From Octopus sinensis (lineage: Eukaryota), in assembly GCF_006345805.1 (NCBI RefSeq), contig NC_043007.1, forward strand, positions 42,718,001-42,782,000: a DNA stretch of 64,000 bases, in the 5' to 3' direction. Positions 1 through 12,999 of this stretch are shown piece after piece. The notes under the pieces were generated by a model. The model was not told the origin of the DNA. It did not search any database and was given only the letters and a program-made list of their open reading frames with translations. Within the stretch, counting starts at the first letter, position 1, and each line of letters starts with the position of its first letter. The position numbers and the translations under genes are program-made.

Positions 1-251
1 CTTCATTCTTTATATATTAATGGTACCATTATAATTTTTTTTGCTATTTAGTCCCTGATCAGCCCTAATGATTAAGAACATTCCAAGCATCATAATTCCC
101 TCTAATAATAGGGGTATCTAAAATTATTCTGTCCAATGTACTTACTAATTTTTGTCTTTGAAAACAACAGGGTGTGATTTGATTTAAGTGATATTTGGCT
201 GCTATTTCTAGCAAGCTGAGCAACCATGTTGAGGCTTCCAATGTGGACTTG

Positions 252-281
252 TTACAGACCAAAGAGTTCAACTTCATTGAA
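252..281 (-). CDS. Putative terminal exon of an unidentified minus-strand gene (FNEVELFGL*)
   Basis: Strong acceptor tcctttttgtttgcttcag, phase 0 matching the upstream exon 1346-1442, TAA at 252-254. No homology recognised. Confidence 0.35.
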   Translation of the reverse strand, partial: FNEVELFGL

Positions 282-1345
282 CTGAAGCAAACAAAAAGGA
301 TCTCCTTTAACCAATACTATAACTGTAAGGTACTGTACCACAGTAAGTCAAAATGCAGTTCATGATGGCCTTGACCAGTGTTTTCCAACCTATTTTCCCC
401 CAGGCCCCACTATAACTTTCCAGAAAAATATATGCCCCACTGCTGGTTAAAAAACAACTTTATAATATTTCATAATTATATACTTTCCTTAAATATCCAC
501 ACTAGGGCATTAGAACACTGCTATACTGTAGCAAACAGTTTTCACACAGTATGCTTGACTGGAGGGATTGGCTCGACTGATTATAGGTGTAGTGTGTTTG
601 CTGTGGAAAAAAAGATTTTCACAATGCCATGTCCCACTAAAAAAGAAAAAAAAAATTTTTTTATCCTATGCCCCACCACAATTTCCCAAGGCTCCCAGCA
701 GTGGGGTATATACCCCACATTGAGAATTACTGGTTTAAACTATATAATTGTAAGTGCTATGGAGGGGCACGGTTCACTAAAATAAGCAGTGGGAGCACAC
801 ACACACATTGTAGTTGACCAGCACTTTGTAAACTTGTATATATATAAATATACCTGCAAAAACAGAAATTGTGGGGAAGCCAGTCATGTGGGTGTTTGTG
901 TGTACAAGTGCATGTATACTTGTAGGAAGCAGAAGGGACATGACAGAAGCTTTTTTTCAAGAAGCAGAACAAAAATACTGTGGTATTTTGTCATGTCCCT
1001 TTAAAGCCTTGGTCAACTTTGACTTTCTTATTCCACAAAAAAAAAATCCTTGAAAATAGTGCCCTACGATGACTAAACACACACTCTCTCTCTCTCTCTC
1101 TCCCTGAGAAACTACTCTAGCATGAATAAAACCAGTAAAAATACACACACACATAAATAGCTTGGCATGAAACAGAGATTTCAACTCTTATTTGCCTTAG
1201 ATGCATTACACATAGGTGAAGTCTTGTGATGCTTCAACATCCTCATAGGTTACAGATCATTTTTTTTTTACCTTGTAAGTCACACTAGCCTACTCTTTAT
1301 TCTTCTCTAAAATGTCATTCCTCTACAATAAGCCTCCCCACTCAC

Positions 1346-1442
1346 CTGTATATGATTACCCGTTCCACTAACTTGAAACAATTTAAATAGAGACACCATC
1401 ACTTTATCCACCCTACCAGCACCAAACATTACACCTGTCAAT
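1346..1442 (-). CDS. Putative internal exon of the unidentified gene (LTGVMFGAGRVDKVMVSLFKLFQVSGTGNHIQ)
   Basis: Acceptor cgttctttctttag, donor CAG|gtgagt, 97 nt. Only one frame is open and it has coding-like G-first codon bias. Confidence 0.55.
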
Positions 1443-1457
1443 CTAAAGAAAGAACGT

Positions 1458-1780
1458 TTACAGGCGCAGGTATGGCTGTGTGATAAGAAGAAAACCTTTT
1501 GAGTATATTTGGTAAGCAGAAACTGAAAGAAACCCATAGTATACATGTATATACATGTGTGTGTCTTAGTGTGTGTTTGTCCCCCACCACCGCTTGACAA
1601 CCGGTGTTGGTGTGTTTACATCCCCGCAACATAACGATGCAGCAAAAGAGACCGATAGAATAAGTACAAGGCTTTAAAATAATCCTTGGGTTGATTTGTT
1701 CGGCTAAAAAAATCCTTCAAGGTGGTGTCCCAGCATAGCCGCACTCAAATGACTGAAACAAGTTAAAGATAAAAGATAAA
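1458..1780 (+). mobile_element. Octopus-type tRNA-derived SINE, internally deleted copy
   Basis: Head acaggcgcaggtatggctgtgtg and body/tail ...cccagcatagccgcactcaaatgactgaaacaag match the copies at 7.8, 11.7, 37.9 and 57.4 kb. Confidence 0.7.
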
Positions 1781-2224
1781 CCAACAAAGGACCCTCTAAT
1801 AGTTGTTAGAAATAGCAACCAAACACTCTTCAAATAACACCCTACTATTTTTTTTAAAAAAAAGGAAAGACATTGTTCTGGAAAGAAAAGACAAACTAGT
1901 CATGGTTAGAATGTCTTTGGTCATAGGTCTGCTGAATCAGATCAAACTTGGAGCTGAACAACAGCTAGTGTTGAGGTTGTATTAATAATGCATTCTTTCG
2001 CACAAAATTTCAAACGTACGACCAACCAAACACAAAATAATAATTTTAAAATACCCTAAAAAAATTATATGTACATATATTTAATATACAGGCACTATGG
2101 CTTGCCATCAACTATACAAGAAACATGCCAAAACTGCAAAGATGCACTCCCATCCAACGAAACTTATGAAGTGTTGTAGTGTGGCTCTGAAATCAGGCCA
2201 AAACATGGTTTTGTTTAGATTTAC

Positions 2225-2318
2225 AAGTCAACCTCAAACAGATTTCGGATTTCCTTCGTCAAAGATGTCGTGACAGGATAGTCAACAACAACAGTTGAAG
2301 ACATGCAAGGTATCTGAA
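2225..2318 (-). CDS. Putative internal exon of the unidentified gene (QIPCMSSTVVVDYPVTTSLTKEIRNLFEVD)
   Basis: Acceptor ttgttgtctag, donor TT|gtaaat, 94 nt. Phases 1 and 2 fit both neighbouring exons. Confidence 0.45.
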
Positions 2319-2443
2319 CTAGACAACAACAAATAAGATTTAAGAATAAATATAAAGGAGTTTATTGTTATTGTGCCTGTTCAACACCACCACGTAGCCC
2401 TTGAGCACCTTAGCAGAATCCACTCTGTTAAAAACATTCTGAC

Positions 2444-2505
2444 CTAAGTCTTTGATCTGAGGATCATCAAGATGTTCCTCCATTTCTCCACCAGTTCTGG
2501 AAGTG
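2444..2505 (-). CDS. Putative internal exon of the unidentified gene (TSRTGGEMEEHLDDPQIKDL)
   Basis: Acceptor cccttttacag, donor AG|gtcaga, 62 nt, phases 2 and 1 compatible with the chain. Confidence 0.4.
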
Positions 2506-4080
2506 CTGTAAAAGGGCAATGGGCAATGCCCTTCCTTTTATAAATCGTAATTTCTAAATCTAGCAATAAATCCATAATATTTATAAAGAAAACAGTTTCA
2601 GTCGTCTGTTATAATTCTATTCATATCTTGGCTGCTTTACAGAAATATTAAATCAGTTTTCATGTTTGACTGGTACTTATTTAATCATTCCTTGAAGGAC
2701 AGGAGGCAAAGTAGACTTTGGTGGGGTTTGAACTCAGAATATAGGGTAAACAAAACTAAATAGTATTGTCATGTAGTCTGTCCCTTTACTAGTTCTACCA
2801 ATAATAAAGTTTAGAGGAAGTTTGCCGGGAAAACATTAAAAAACGTGTCTTTTGATTTTGAGTAATAGGAATGAACTTACATTGGATTCAATGGTATATC
2901 TTCCATTAGTTAAACAAATATAAGTTGTTTTTTTAACTATTGATTACACACACGCATGCAAGTGGTGGCATTTTGAACAGATATACTACTTCCTTGTGAA
3001 AGGAACAACTGGAGAAATTTTCAGGGCAGTCCAATCAGTATTTTTCAAAAATACACCGTCTGGCTGAGCCGTGTCTATAATAAACATCAAAGACAGAAAG
3101 AGTAGCGAATGTAACGGTAACAGCAACAGCAGCAGCTGTAGCGAGTGGGGTGTATTACAGAGGTTGAAATAACAAACTTGATAGAAGCAGTTAAATAAAG
3201 TGAACAGCTACGGCCAAAATAAGATTAATGAAACACCAATGTAGAGAAATCTAACAACCTGATGCTGGGCCAATTAAATTAAAAAAAAACATACTCAATG
3301 ACTGGTTTAAGTACACTGGTTTAAATACCTCCTCCCAATTCATTCAATATATTGAATTATATTATAGCCGTCAATGTTTGCTTATCTTTCTCTTTTTGTC
3401 TTTTCCCCCAAAGAGAGAAGGGGAGGAAAGAGAACGCAGCTTGTATTATTGTTTTATGTATGGAAGTGTCAAATTGTCTAACACTCTTACTACCACCTAA
3501 GATTACATTTTAAAGTATGCACATATACATTGTATTAACTCTTTATCCAAATATAGTTGTCAGTCAATTCAGCTTAAATCTATTAACCATAAATAAGACC
3601 TTCCAAATTATGGAGGCTACAAAAAGATTTTACATCTAACTGGTCTTTGCTTTTTCCCCTCTTTATTTATCATCAGTTTCTTATATACAAGTGATGTCAG
3701 ATACGTTTTTTCGGCTTCTTTTTTTTTTTTTTTGGGTCTCCAGAGGCTTTCCAGCTTCATATGGACGCTTAAAATGGATAAATAAATAATGGCATGTCAA
3801 TTCATCTGAAGATGGATATATTTTAAGATGAACATGTCTGAAAATGAAAATGCTGAATAGAAAAGAGGAGAGAAAAAAACAGATTAACTGTTCAACATTT
3901 TTATCAATTAATAATTGCTTGGCTAATCTTACTTGATTAAAGTTCTATCAGCTCACTATATAACAAATTATTATGTATGAAACACTCTGCTGCATTTGTA
4001 TTTAGTATACAGAGTGCTCCCTTGAATTATTTTCTCTCGGCCATTTTGTTTATTTTCATAATTAGCGTCGGTTACAAATT

Positions 4081-4611
4081 GTTTTCCGTCGTAAAAAAGT
4101 GAAAGTAAATTGTCCTAAAAATGAAAATAAATTGCGATAGAAACCATAAAAGACGACTGTGATATACAGAATTTCATTAAAAAAAGGACAAACAGAACTC
4201 CCACATTATGACACGCCTGTATATATGTTAACTTCAAGCATTTCACTCGATTTTGCTGATCCAAATGAAAACAGACAAGCAAAGGGCGATGGATGCTCGC
4301 CAAGAAACTTAGGTGACAATGTGGGACTAGCGATGATTTACTTACATGTCTCCCTGAGCATGTGTAGCAACACAAATTTGGGAGATCGTGGTAAAATATT
4401 CACGAATCTCGCTTCGTGCATCAATGACAGATATGTTTTTCCATAAGTGAAAATGTTTCCATCCTAAATAAAATATATGTACAGTTTTCATGTTATATTA
4501 AATATATGTACTTTCTATGCATTGGAATGCCACTCGCCACTTCCAGCTTCCATCACAATTTCCTTCCATTATTTTTAGGACAATTTAGTTTCCTTTTTTA
4601 TGACGGTAAAC
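4081..4611. mobile_element. Non-autonomous DNA transposon (MITE-like) with about 45-bp imperfect TIRs
   Basis: Left end gttttccgtcgtaaaaaagtgaaagtaaattgtcctaaaaat versus reverse complement of right end gtttaccgtcataaaaaaggaaactaaattgtcctaaaaat. No transposase inside. Confidence 0.7.
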
Positions 4612-6544
4612 TGCATGTTAACCATTAGTGTTATCTCATTCTCTCTACAGCTAAAGCCAACTAAGAATAACACACTTCACTGAGGTGTGTATTTTACAGA
4701 GCAAAAATAAGGCAAAAATGTCCATTGCTCTCACCCGCTGGCTTCAAAGAACAGATCCACTCCAATCTAAACTGACCATACTGTACAAAAATTTCAGTCA
4801 ACTGATCTTATTGGTATAATCTCCCTTGCTTTTTTTTTTTTTTTTTAGAGCTTAAATATTCTTAGAGGAAGTTTTGGTCTATTAATTGCTTAGATAAACT
4901 CAGGTGATATAAGTTTTCCATTTCATATTATGTATGAGATATGCTCCATATTTGTACTATTACATCAAACAAATATAAATTAAATTTCAATGAGAATAAT
5001 GATTTCTAACAAGAGCACAAGTTCACAAATATGGAGGTAGAGTAACGGATTTGTTGATTAAATTATCTTCAATTTCAGTTCAGTATTTTATCAGCCCCTA
5101 AAAAATTAAAGGTAAAGTTGACCCAGATAGGAATTCAACTTAAAGCATAAAGGGACATAAGTAAGAACAGCAAAGTATAGGCACAATGCTACACATGAGT
5201 CAGAGTGTAGTCAAATTGATTCCAGTATTTTTTCAGTACTTATTTTATTGCTGGCAGAAGAATGAAAACCAAAGCTGGCATCAGCAGGAATTAAATCCAA
5301 GACAAAACATAACTAAATAACACACCACAAGGCATTAAGACCAATTCACTACCAAATACTAATGAAATACTAAAAATATTTTTGAAGGGAGAATGGGATA
5401 GGATTTCAATCGAAAAAGCTTGAGAAATGATTTAAAAAATAAAATGATAAATACAGTAGTGATTCTTGCTTAATTCATCTGCCCATCAATTATGTTCAAA
5501 GGCATTCCAGCCATGACTATTACATTTATTTTCTTCACATATAGAATATATTCTTGTCTACATTATTCAATATGTCGATTTTTAGGAGAATGGGGAGCAG
5601 TTAGAAAGAGATTTCACTACTATTTCTATAATGTTGAGAATCATCACTGTTAGGTATGTAATTCACTTTGCAACCACACTGATCACACTTCTCAGTACTT
5701 TGGGTAGGTATCTTCTACCATTGTCTTACTTCAAGCAAAGCCTTGTAAGCAAAATTTGGTAGATACTTAATCTGGGAAAGCTCTCCATAAATCAAATTTA
5801 TGGACAGAATATACAATAAGCTAATGAGGATGGATGCTAAATTCATTATTGTCTGTCATAGTTAATTTCTATTATATTGTGACAAGTGATTAGTTATATT
5901 AGAAACAAACAACATGACATGGTCACAGTATACATAGGTGGCTTACTCTCAAATGCATATAAGGAAGCTAACAACCTCTCAAATCCTGTTCCACCCCAAA
6001 CTAGCAGCCTGCTGAGTGGTATAACAGTGGATGTCAATTACAGTGTTTGTGAGATTAAATTACTGGTCTACTGTAGACAAGTTTATATGTTCAAATCTTC
6101 ACTGCTATTGTTGTGACCGTGAAGCAAAGCTCAGGAAGCACACACCTCTACACTGACTGCAATCTAGCAAAAGGGCAATTCACATTTCAGTAGTTAGTAT
6201 TCTTCTGGAAAAACAAGTACTCAATTTTTGCAAAATTATATCCAAAAAGACTTATATAGACTCTAGGTGAGAACCACTTCCTAGACCAATGTGAACCATA
6301 TCATAGACCAAGATTGGTGTCACTTCAGTGTGCAGTCAAGCCCTAACCTAACCCAAAGTGTAAACTATGGATGCTATGGTAGACTGCTTGCTAAAGTAGT
6401 GCCCCTAAATCTTAGTTCTGATTGTGAGCTGTATGTATTGAATTTTGAACAAGTAGCTATCAGTGAATGGATTTTTCAACTGAATACAAAACTGCAAACT
6501 AGACAGAATGGTAGAAGCATTTCCTTGTAACTTTTAGCCTGTTG

Positions 6545-7260
6545 TGAAGCCTAACAAAGCTCCAGCCTTTGGTATGTCATCCTCGCTGTATGTGATCAAG
6601 CATTATCCTGACAAAAGAGCACCTTTCATCTTGAAACCAAAGATGGTCATTTTTCTTCAAGTGCTGACTTAAGCTGCTTGCAGTAGATCACCTGTTATCA
6701 TTTGGTTTGGGTTTAAAAGTTCAAAGTGGACTAAACCTTTCATATCCCACCAAACAAATAAGAAAAAACTTATGTGGGTGAAGACCTTCTTTAGCCTGGG
6801 GTGCTGGTGTTTCTCTTCTCCCTACCCACTGTCTTCAGCACTTGACATTTTTATAGAGAACCCATTTCTTGTCATCAGTCATTATTTGGTCCAAAAAAGG
6901 TTCATTTGTGAGACGTGATAGCAAAGAAGAGCACACGTTCACCCTTAGGAAGACGATCCAAAATATTGATCCTGGTCTCCAAAGAAATTGATGCTCTTAT
7001 TTTTCTTAGATGTATCAGCCGGCATTTTGGAGTAGGTTATCACTATCACGATCGCAAATAAAAAATATAGCGGAGAATAAAACTTGTGACATGTCTTTCG
7101 TATTAGACCCAATGCTAACAACTGCCACTGCATGCCATCTGATGGAGCCATTACACACATCCAGAGGTATGTACAGTGCATAGGTCCTGCCCACACTAGA
7201 GAGTGAGGGATCACAATATGGGAAAAAATAGATTGGATTCTATTTTACTTCACTAAATTG
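6545..7260 (-). mobile_element. Degenerate Tc1/mariner transposase remnant
   Basis: Minus-strand fragments EPFLDQIMTDDKKWVLYKNVK and VWWDMKGLVHFELLNPNQMIT match mariner catalytic-domain motifs; several stops and frameshifts. Confidence 0.85.
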
Positions 7261-7804
7261 TTGCTTAATCATGTTATGTAGAGTTTCACGCAAGGACAGA
7301 GGTTTAAATCGTGTTAAAGTAAAAAAAATAGTGCAAAAAATTAATCAGCTCTTTTTGTTGGACAGTGTTATTTCAAAACTGTACAAAAAGAGAATTGTGT
7401 GTGTGTGTGTGTGTGTGTGTATGTATATATATATATATATATATATTAAGAACAATCTTACTTAGAAATGGATGCGTGCATTCCGTCATATAATAAATTA
7501 ATAAATAAAATAAAACATATGCATATATACATACATATATGTACGTACCTACCTCTACATGTATATATACATGCATATATGGATACAGGACACCAAAAAA
7601 ACGTCGAACACAATGAGAAACGAAAACATAAACACAAAACCAAGGAAATGGACATTTTTCTTAAACAACGAAAAAATAGAGTACAGGATATACAATACAA
7701 GGAAAATTCCCCTTCTTCAGTCGCCTTTGCTTCATCTACTCCACGTTTCGAAGGTCAAGGCGAGACACGACTTATGTTTTATTTTATTTATCAATTTATT
7801 ATAT

Positions 7805-8216
7805 TCTCTTTACTCTTTTACTTGTTTCAGTCATTTGACTGCGGCCATGCTGGAGCACCGCCTTTAATCGAGCAACTCAACCCCGGGACTTATTCTTTTG
7901 TAAGCCCAGTACTTATTCTATCGGTCTCTTTTGCCGAACTGCTAAGTAATGGGGACATAAACACACCAGCATCGGTTGTCAAGCAATGCTAGGGGGACAA
8001 ACACAGACACACAAACACACACATGCATATATATACATATACATATAAACGATGGGCTTCTTTTCAGTTTCCGTCTACCAAATCCACTCACAAGGCTTTG
8101 GTCGGCCCAAGGCTATAGCAGAAGACACTTGCCCAAGGTACCACGCAGTAGGACTGAACCCAGAACCATGTGGTTGGTAAGCAAGCTACTTACCACACAG
8201 CCACTCCTGCGCCTAT
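7805..8216 (-). mobile_element. Near full-length octopus-type tRNA-derived SINE
   Basis: Minus-strand head ataggcgcaggagtggctgtgtggtaag (A-box-like) and ggttcagtcc (B-box-like), internal microsatellite, tail aagtaaaagagtaaagag. Several copies in the window. Confidence 0.85.
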
Positions 8217-11049
8217 AACAAAAATTTAACGACGAGGATGATATTATGTAAATATTCTTATGTATGTTTCATACATATGTATGTAAAAATGTGCTTGTGT
8301 TTGTATGCATATAAACATACTTATATTAGAAAAAAAGCTTGCTACAAACTTCAAGTAAACCTATGCCTTCTAAATAAATTGGTTAAACAGAAACTATGTA
8401 GACGTTTCCTTGTTGCATAGTAATTGTACTCCAAAGATCTGGCCTAGCCACATACAGAATAATGCTGATCTTTGGTGTTTGGCTGTACCAATGGAAATTT
8501 TAAAATTTGGTGTATTGATGTAATTTTCCATGCTGAATCTCAGAGACTAATTCATTTTTTCCAGAAAATATTTTGAAAAAAGTTAGAGGTTTAAAGTTTG
8601 ATCATTTTTACCCGGTCAGAAAAAAAAGTGTTAGGAAGCTGTTGTTTTGTGCATGACAGCTCGTGTTGTCAACTATAAGCAAATGAAATATTGGCAGAAT
8701 TCTACTTTATGCACGTTATATAACACCTCATAACTTTTTAATTCATTGGAATGTTCTGATAATTTTTGCGAATTTGTATTCTACACATGAGAATTCATAC
8801 AATTATGCAAACCGCCCCCACCTTCCAAAAATATTTTGGTGCGTGATTTAAGGCCTATTTAGTTATTACTTTTAGCACATCTCACGACAGTCATTTAATA
8901 AGCGAAAAATGACCGTGTAAGTAAGCAACTTGATAACAGTTTGGTTTGTTACTATGGAAACATGCCCTTACATGTCTGTGACTTTCGATTGGCTAGAATT
9001 ACCCAAACTTAGCAAATTTTAAAAGTAATCAACTCTTTATATATTGATTTATGGCGAAAATTAATTTCATGTCAATGATTACCTTACAAAACTACACCAA
9101 TATGCCACATATGAAATCAATTGGAACAGAAATTTAAAAAATTGAAAAGTGGCAGTCAAGCAGAAAATATTCTGCATGCGAATTATGTTAACAAGTGTCA
9201 GTGGAATGTTTCCACTGAATGCTCATTAAAAAAAAATACATCATATTTATGTATGAATTTAAATGTAGTTTGCGGTTTTATAATAGTGAATACTGGAAAC
9301 AGGTTGTTTTTTTTTTATATATAGATATTAAAATAATTTATACCTTATTCGATATTTTCATGAATGTATCTATTTTGTAAGGGACTTAATGAAGAAGAGG
9401 TGAGGGAGAAATAAAAGAAAAACAACAAAAAGAGAAAGGATTGAAAATAAAGAAAATAGAAATGAGAAATTAAACGGAATGAAAACTAAATAGTAAAAAA
9501 AAAAATAGTATGGAAAAGAAAGACGACAAAAGGAGGATACAACAAATAAACAGAAGTGATTCATTTTACTATTTGAATTTGAACAAGAAGCTATATCGAA
9601 GTGTTGTACCACACATGATAAATTAATTGTACTAGTGGAAAAGGACCTGTGAACAAGCTCCTAGAAGCTTCAACACGGAAACCATCCAGTATCCAGTATA
9701 TCAAAAGTGGATACAAAGAGAAAATAAAACGGCATTCTTTCGCTACTAGCAGCAAACTTTAGAATACCAATGAAACAAAACATTCACATGACTAAACTAC
9801 TACTGCTACTCGGCACAAGTTTTTTACCCTCTACGCACTCGTTTGAGCAGCTAGAAATAGCAACCAAATCTTCCTCAAATTCAACCCTAGCATCTTAACA
9901 AAAAGAAAGACACAGTGGATAATATAGTGCATGATATCGATCAAGGATAAATAAAACAATGGGGATACATTAGATATTTAGGAGGCAGTCAAGTTAACAA
10001 CAAAGTATACTTCACAAAGAAACAAATTAGACAGCAATTATACGAGAACGGATGTTATTAGCTACATTGACTTTACAGTGAGCTTTAAGCGGTAATTATT
10101 TTCGACAAAGCACAAAGACTTTTTCCTTATTTTGTTTTTATAAGAATCGAGGATACAACACTGATTTCTATTAACAAGGCTGATTTTGTGTGTGTGGCAG
10201 ATGGGATATAGTTGATTATATCGACCCAAAAGTTTTGAAATGATGTCCATCGAAGCTCATGCCGAAGTGAGGGCAAAAAATATTTTTTAAATTGGAAATT
10301 TTTAGAATAAATTTTATTTCAGAACCATTACTGAAATACTAAAATATACGGGTGGGGGAATATCCTTTTCCTTCACCATTGGGTACGAGTCTTCGGGAGA
10401 CAGTTACTCCAAACCCCCCGCCAAAGAATCAATGGCATAGCTAATACTTTTAATGAAGGCTGCCCATGGTTTTAAGTCCGTAGTGCCAAAAACGTGGCCA
10501 AAAAAAAATCATAAATTTTCCAAAATCTTTTAATAAAAAGATAACCTTCATTTTCAAGGCCATGCTGGAAAAAATGGGAAAATCCCCGTCAAAACGGAGA
10601 AAATCCGACTGATGTGGCCGTCCTCATCCGAAACTTGCTGAGTAAATTATTCTTGAAAAGTTTTAAAGGCTTAACGAGCTAACACGGTCATCCAAATCTG
10701 CTAGAAATAGCAGCCAAATCTGCCACAAATTACTTCTGCAATTAGATTGCTCAACCTGCTAGAAAACGTAGCCATATCTCTCCAAAATCACACCCAATCG
10801 TCTTAAATAAAGCGGAATATATTAGACATTATAGTCCACGATTAACGAAAAGACAGGTTTGTCACAGCTGGATCAGAAGTTTACTAAACAACGACCACCG
10901 AATACATAAATTCATTACTGACTGTCAACTTTTAAAATATAAAACCCATAAAAATAAAAGTCGTGACAAAATGACAAAAACTTAAACAAACAAACGAAAA
11001 CAAACTTCCTCCCAGTTGAACGTTTATGGAGAAAACTTTCTGGTCTTAC

Positions 11050-11137
11050 CTCATGTTTGTTTAAAAGAAGGTCAATAGGATAGTATAGATGTGTGTGTAA
11101 GTTTTAAAACGATCCAAATACCATAATGATATCAAAA
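11050..11137 (-). other. Putative second exon (5' UTR plus ATG AG|) of the unidentified minus-strand gene
   Basis: Acceptor ccatcttaccattacag, donor ATGAG|gtaaga. The phase-2 end fits exon 2444-2505, giving MSTSRTGG... Confidence 0.4.
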
Positions 11138-11289
11138 CTGTAATGGTAAGATGGTTGTGATTATTAAAATCCAACCTCGAAAACAAACAAAAAAAAGTTT
11201 GAAACAAAGTCCGGGAAGTTTTATAACAAGGGGTGGGGGTAGAGCCAAGTGGAGATAACCTACAGTGCGCTTAAATTAAAGAATTGCTT

Positions 11290-11520
11290 CAACTCACGTC
11301 ATTTTGGGTTACGTCTTTTTCGACTTACCCCTTCGATTTATCCGACTTTACGTTGGTCTCAGTAAGCGCATAAAAATTCAAGAAGAAAAACTAATACGGA
11401 AGTAGAAAATTACACGTGAATATACGTACAAACCATTTATTGAAACGTATGAACTACTAAATTTTTTTGAATGATTTTTCAAGTCATGTCGTTTTCGAAT
11501 TAAGTCGCATATATTCGAAC
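11290..11520 (-). promoter_or_regulatory. CpG-rich putative promoter and non-coding first exon
   Basis: Local CpG enrichment against a CpG-poor background. Strong donors |gtaagt (exon end 11329) and |gtgagt about 30 nt further on. Confidence 0.4.
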
Positions 11521-11703
11521 CAACTACCGATGTTAGTTGAGGTATGCTGCTCTCTCCCTCCCTCTCTCTCTTGTGGGTGTGTGAGAGTGAGAGAGAGTTT
11601 TCCATTCCTTCATGCTAGCATGGGTTAGAGAAAATGCTATTTGAGGTAGGATTTCATAGCAAGACGCTCTTCCTATCAACAATCCTTACCTATTTTCCAA
11701 GTA

Positions 11704-11908
11704 CTCTCTTTACTCTTTTACTTGTTTCAGTCATTTGACTGCGACCATGCTGGAGCACCGCCTTTAATCGAGCAACTCGACCCCGGGACTTTAATCTTTT
11801 GTAAGCTTAGTACTTATTCTATCGGTCTCTTTTGCCGAACCACTAAGTAACGGGGACATAAACACACCAACATCGGTTGTCAAGCAATGCTAGGGGGACA
11901 AACACACA

Positions 11909-11946
<38 letters not shown>

Positions 11947-12045
11947 TACGACGGGCTTCTTTCAGTTTCCGTCTACCAAATCCACTCACAAGGCTTTGGT
12001 CGGCCCGAGGCTATGGTAGAAGACACTTGCCCAAGGTGCCACGCA
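11704..12045 (-). mobile_element. Octopus-type SINE, 5'-truncated
   Basis: High similarity to 7805-8216. Confidence 0.85.
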
Positions 12046-12584
12046 TGGTCTTCAAAAGTACAGAGCAACCTGTCAATTCTATCAACTGTAGGTACAAGGC
12101 CTGAAATTTTAGGGGAGGGAGCGAGACGATTACATCGATCCCAGTACTCAACTGGTACTTATTTCATCAACCCCTGAAAAGAGAGCAGCATGTCTTAATG
12201 CCCACAAGGAATGTAAACATCACTACTGCTTCATTCATGCAGTAACATGCATGGAATATTAACATTCATGCACACAAGTCTCATTTTGTTTGTCATCATA
12301 CAAGAGCTCCTTTTCTCCCGTACATCTTGGTTCTGATATCATTCTGTTTCCTGGATCATAGTGTCTTCTATCATTGCCCTCTCTTCTTAGCCATATCGTC
12401 TTGAATATACATCTCAGAATACTGAGTACTACTATCGCTCATCTCCCTATCATGTATCCCTGTTGTACACTTATCACAGTGATTCACACCCCTACCTTTC
12501 TCTCTATCACTCACTTTGAAAAGAGATTTTTGAACAATTATTACTTACTACATATAATAATTCAATTGTTATTATTATTTTTAT

Positions 12585-12990
12585 TGTTAAAGTGAAAGTA
12601 TCTGACATAAAATAGAGAAACATTTTTGTTTCACTTTTAACACGTAATACTAAAATAGTGAAGAAGATATGATATTGCTATGGGCTCGCTCTAGGCAAGA
12701 AGTTGAACATTTTTTTGCCCATGAAACTACATGAACCCTAAGTAAGGCATGTGTAAAATTTGAATGGAATTGGTTGTGTAGTTCTCAAGTTTTAGGGAAT
12801 CGTAGTGGAGAAGATATGATATTGCTGTGGGCTCGCCCTAGGCAAAAAGTTAAAAACTTTTTTGCCAATGACACTCCCCGGACCCTAAGTAAGGCATGTG
12901 TAAAATTTGAATGAAATTGGTTGTGTAGTTCTCAAGTTTTAGGGAAACACACAGACAGACACACATTCTCAGTTTTATATATATAAAGAT
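12585..12990 (-). mobile_element. Non-autonomous Helentron/Helitron-like element with two internal 147-bp tandem repeats
   Basis: Minus strand starts atctttatatatataaaactgagaatgtgtgtctgtctg. Repeat units begin at 12662 and 12809. The far end has a gtgaaa...tttcac short inverted repeat. Confidence 0.6.
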
Positions 12991-12999
12991 ATATGTCAG

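Noticed and set aside
258-342. Plus-strand exon candidate (TKEFNFIELKQTKRISFNQYYNCKVLYH, donor gtaagt)
   Set aside because: Overlaps the minus-strand terminal exon candidate and has no convincing plus-strand chain. Not excluded, only less supported.
3690-3836. Basic-tailed terminal exon candidate (HVHLKIYPSS...KKKKRSRK)
   Set aside because: The basic run comes from a 15-nt homopolymer and no compatible upstream exon was found.
2990-4780. Extra minus-strand exon candidates 4780-4735 and 3074-2990
   Set aside because: Phase-compatible with each other and with exon 2505, but the 2990 donor is weak (gtagta) and no link to the upstream ATG exon was found.
7700-7770. CGAAAC and CTGAAGA boxes on the minus strand (type II hammerhead order)
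   Set aside because: Stem I cannot pair and stem II does not close.
7468-7992. 174-aa ORF in the ORF track
   Set aside because: Runs through microsatellite, a dispersed repeat and an antisense SINE; no domain or coding-like composition.
8150-8216. tRNA-like A/B boxes
   Set aside because: These are SINE heads with no complete cloverleaf, not tRNA genes.
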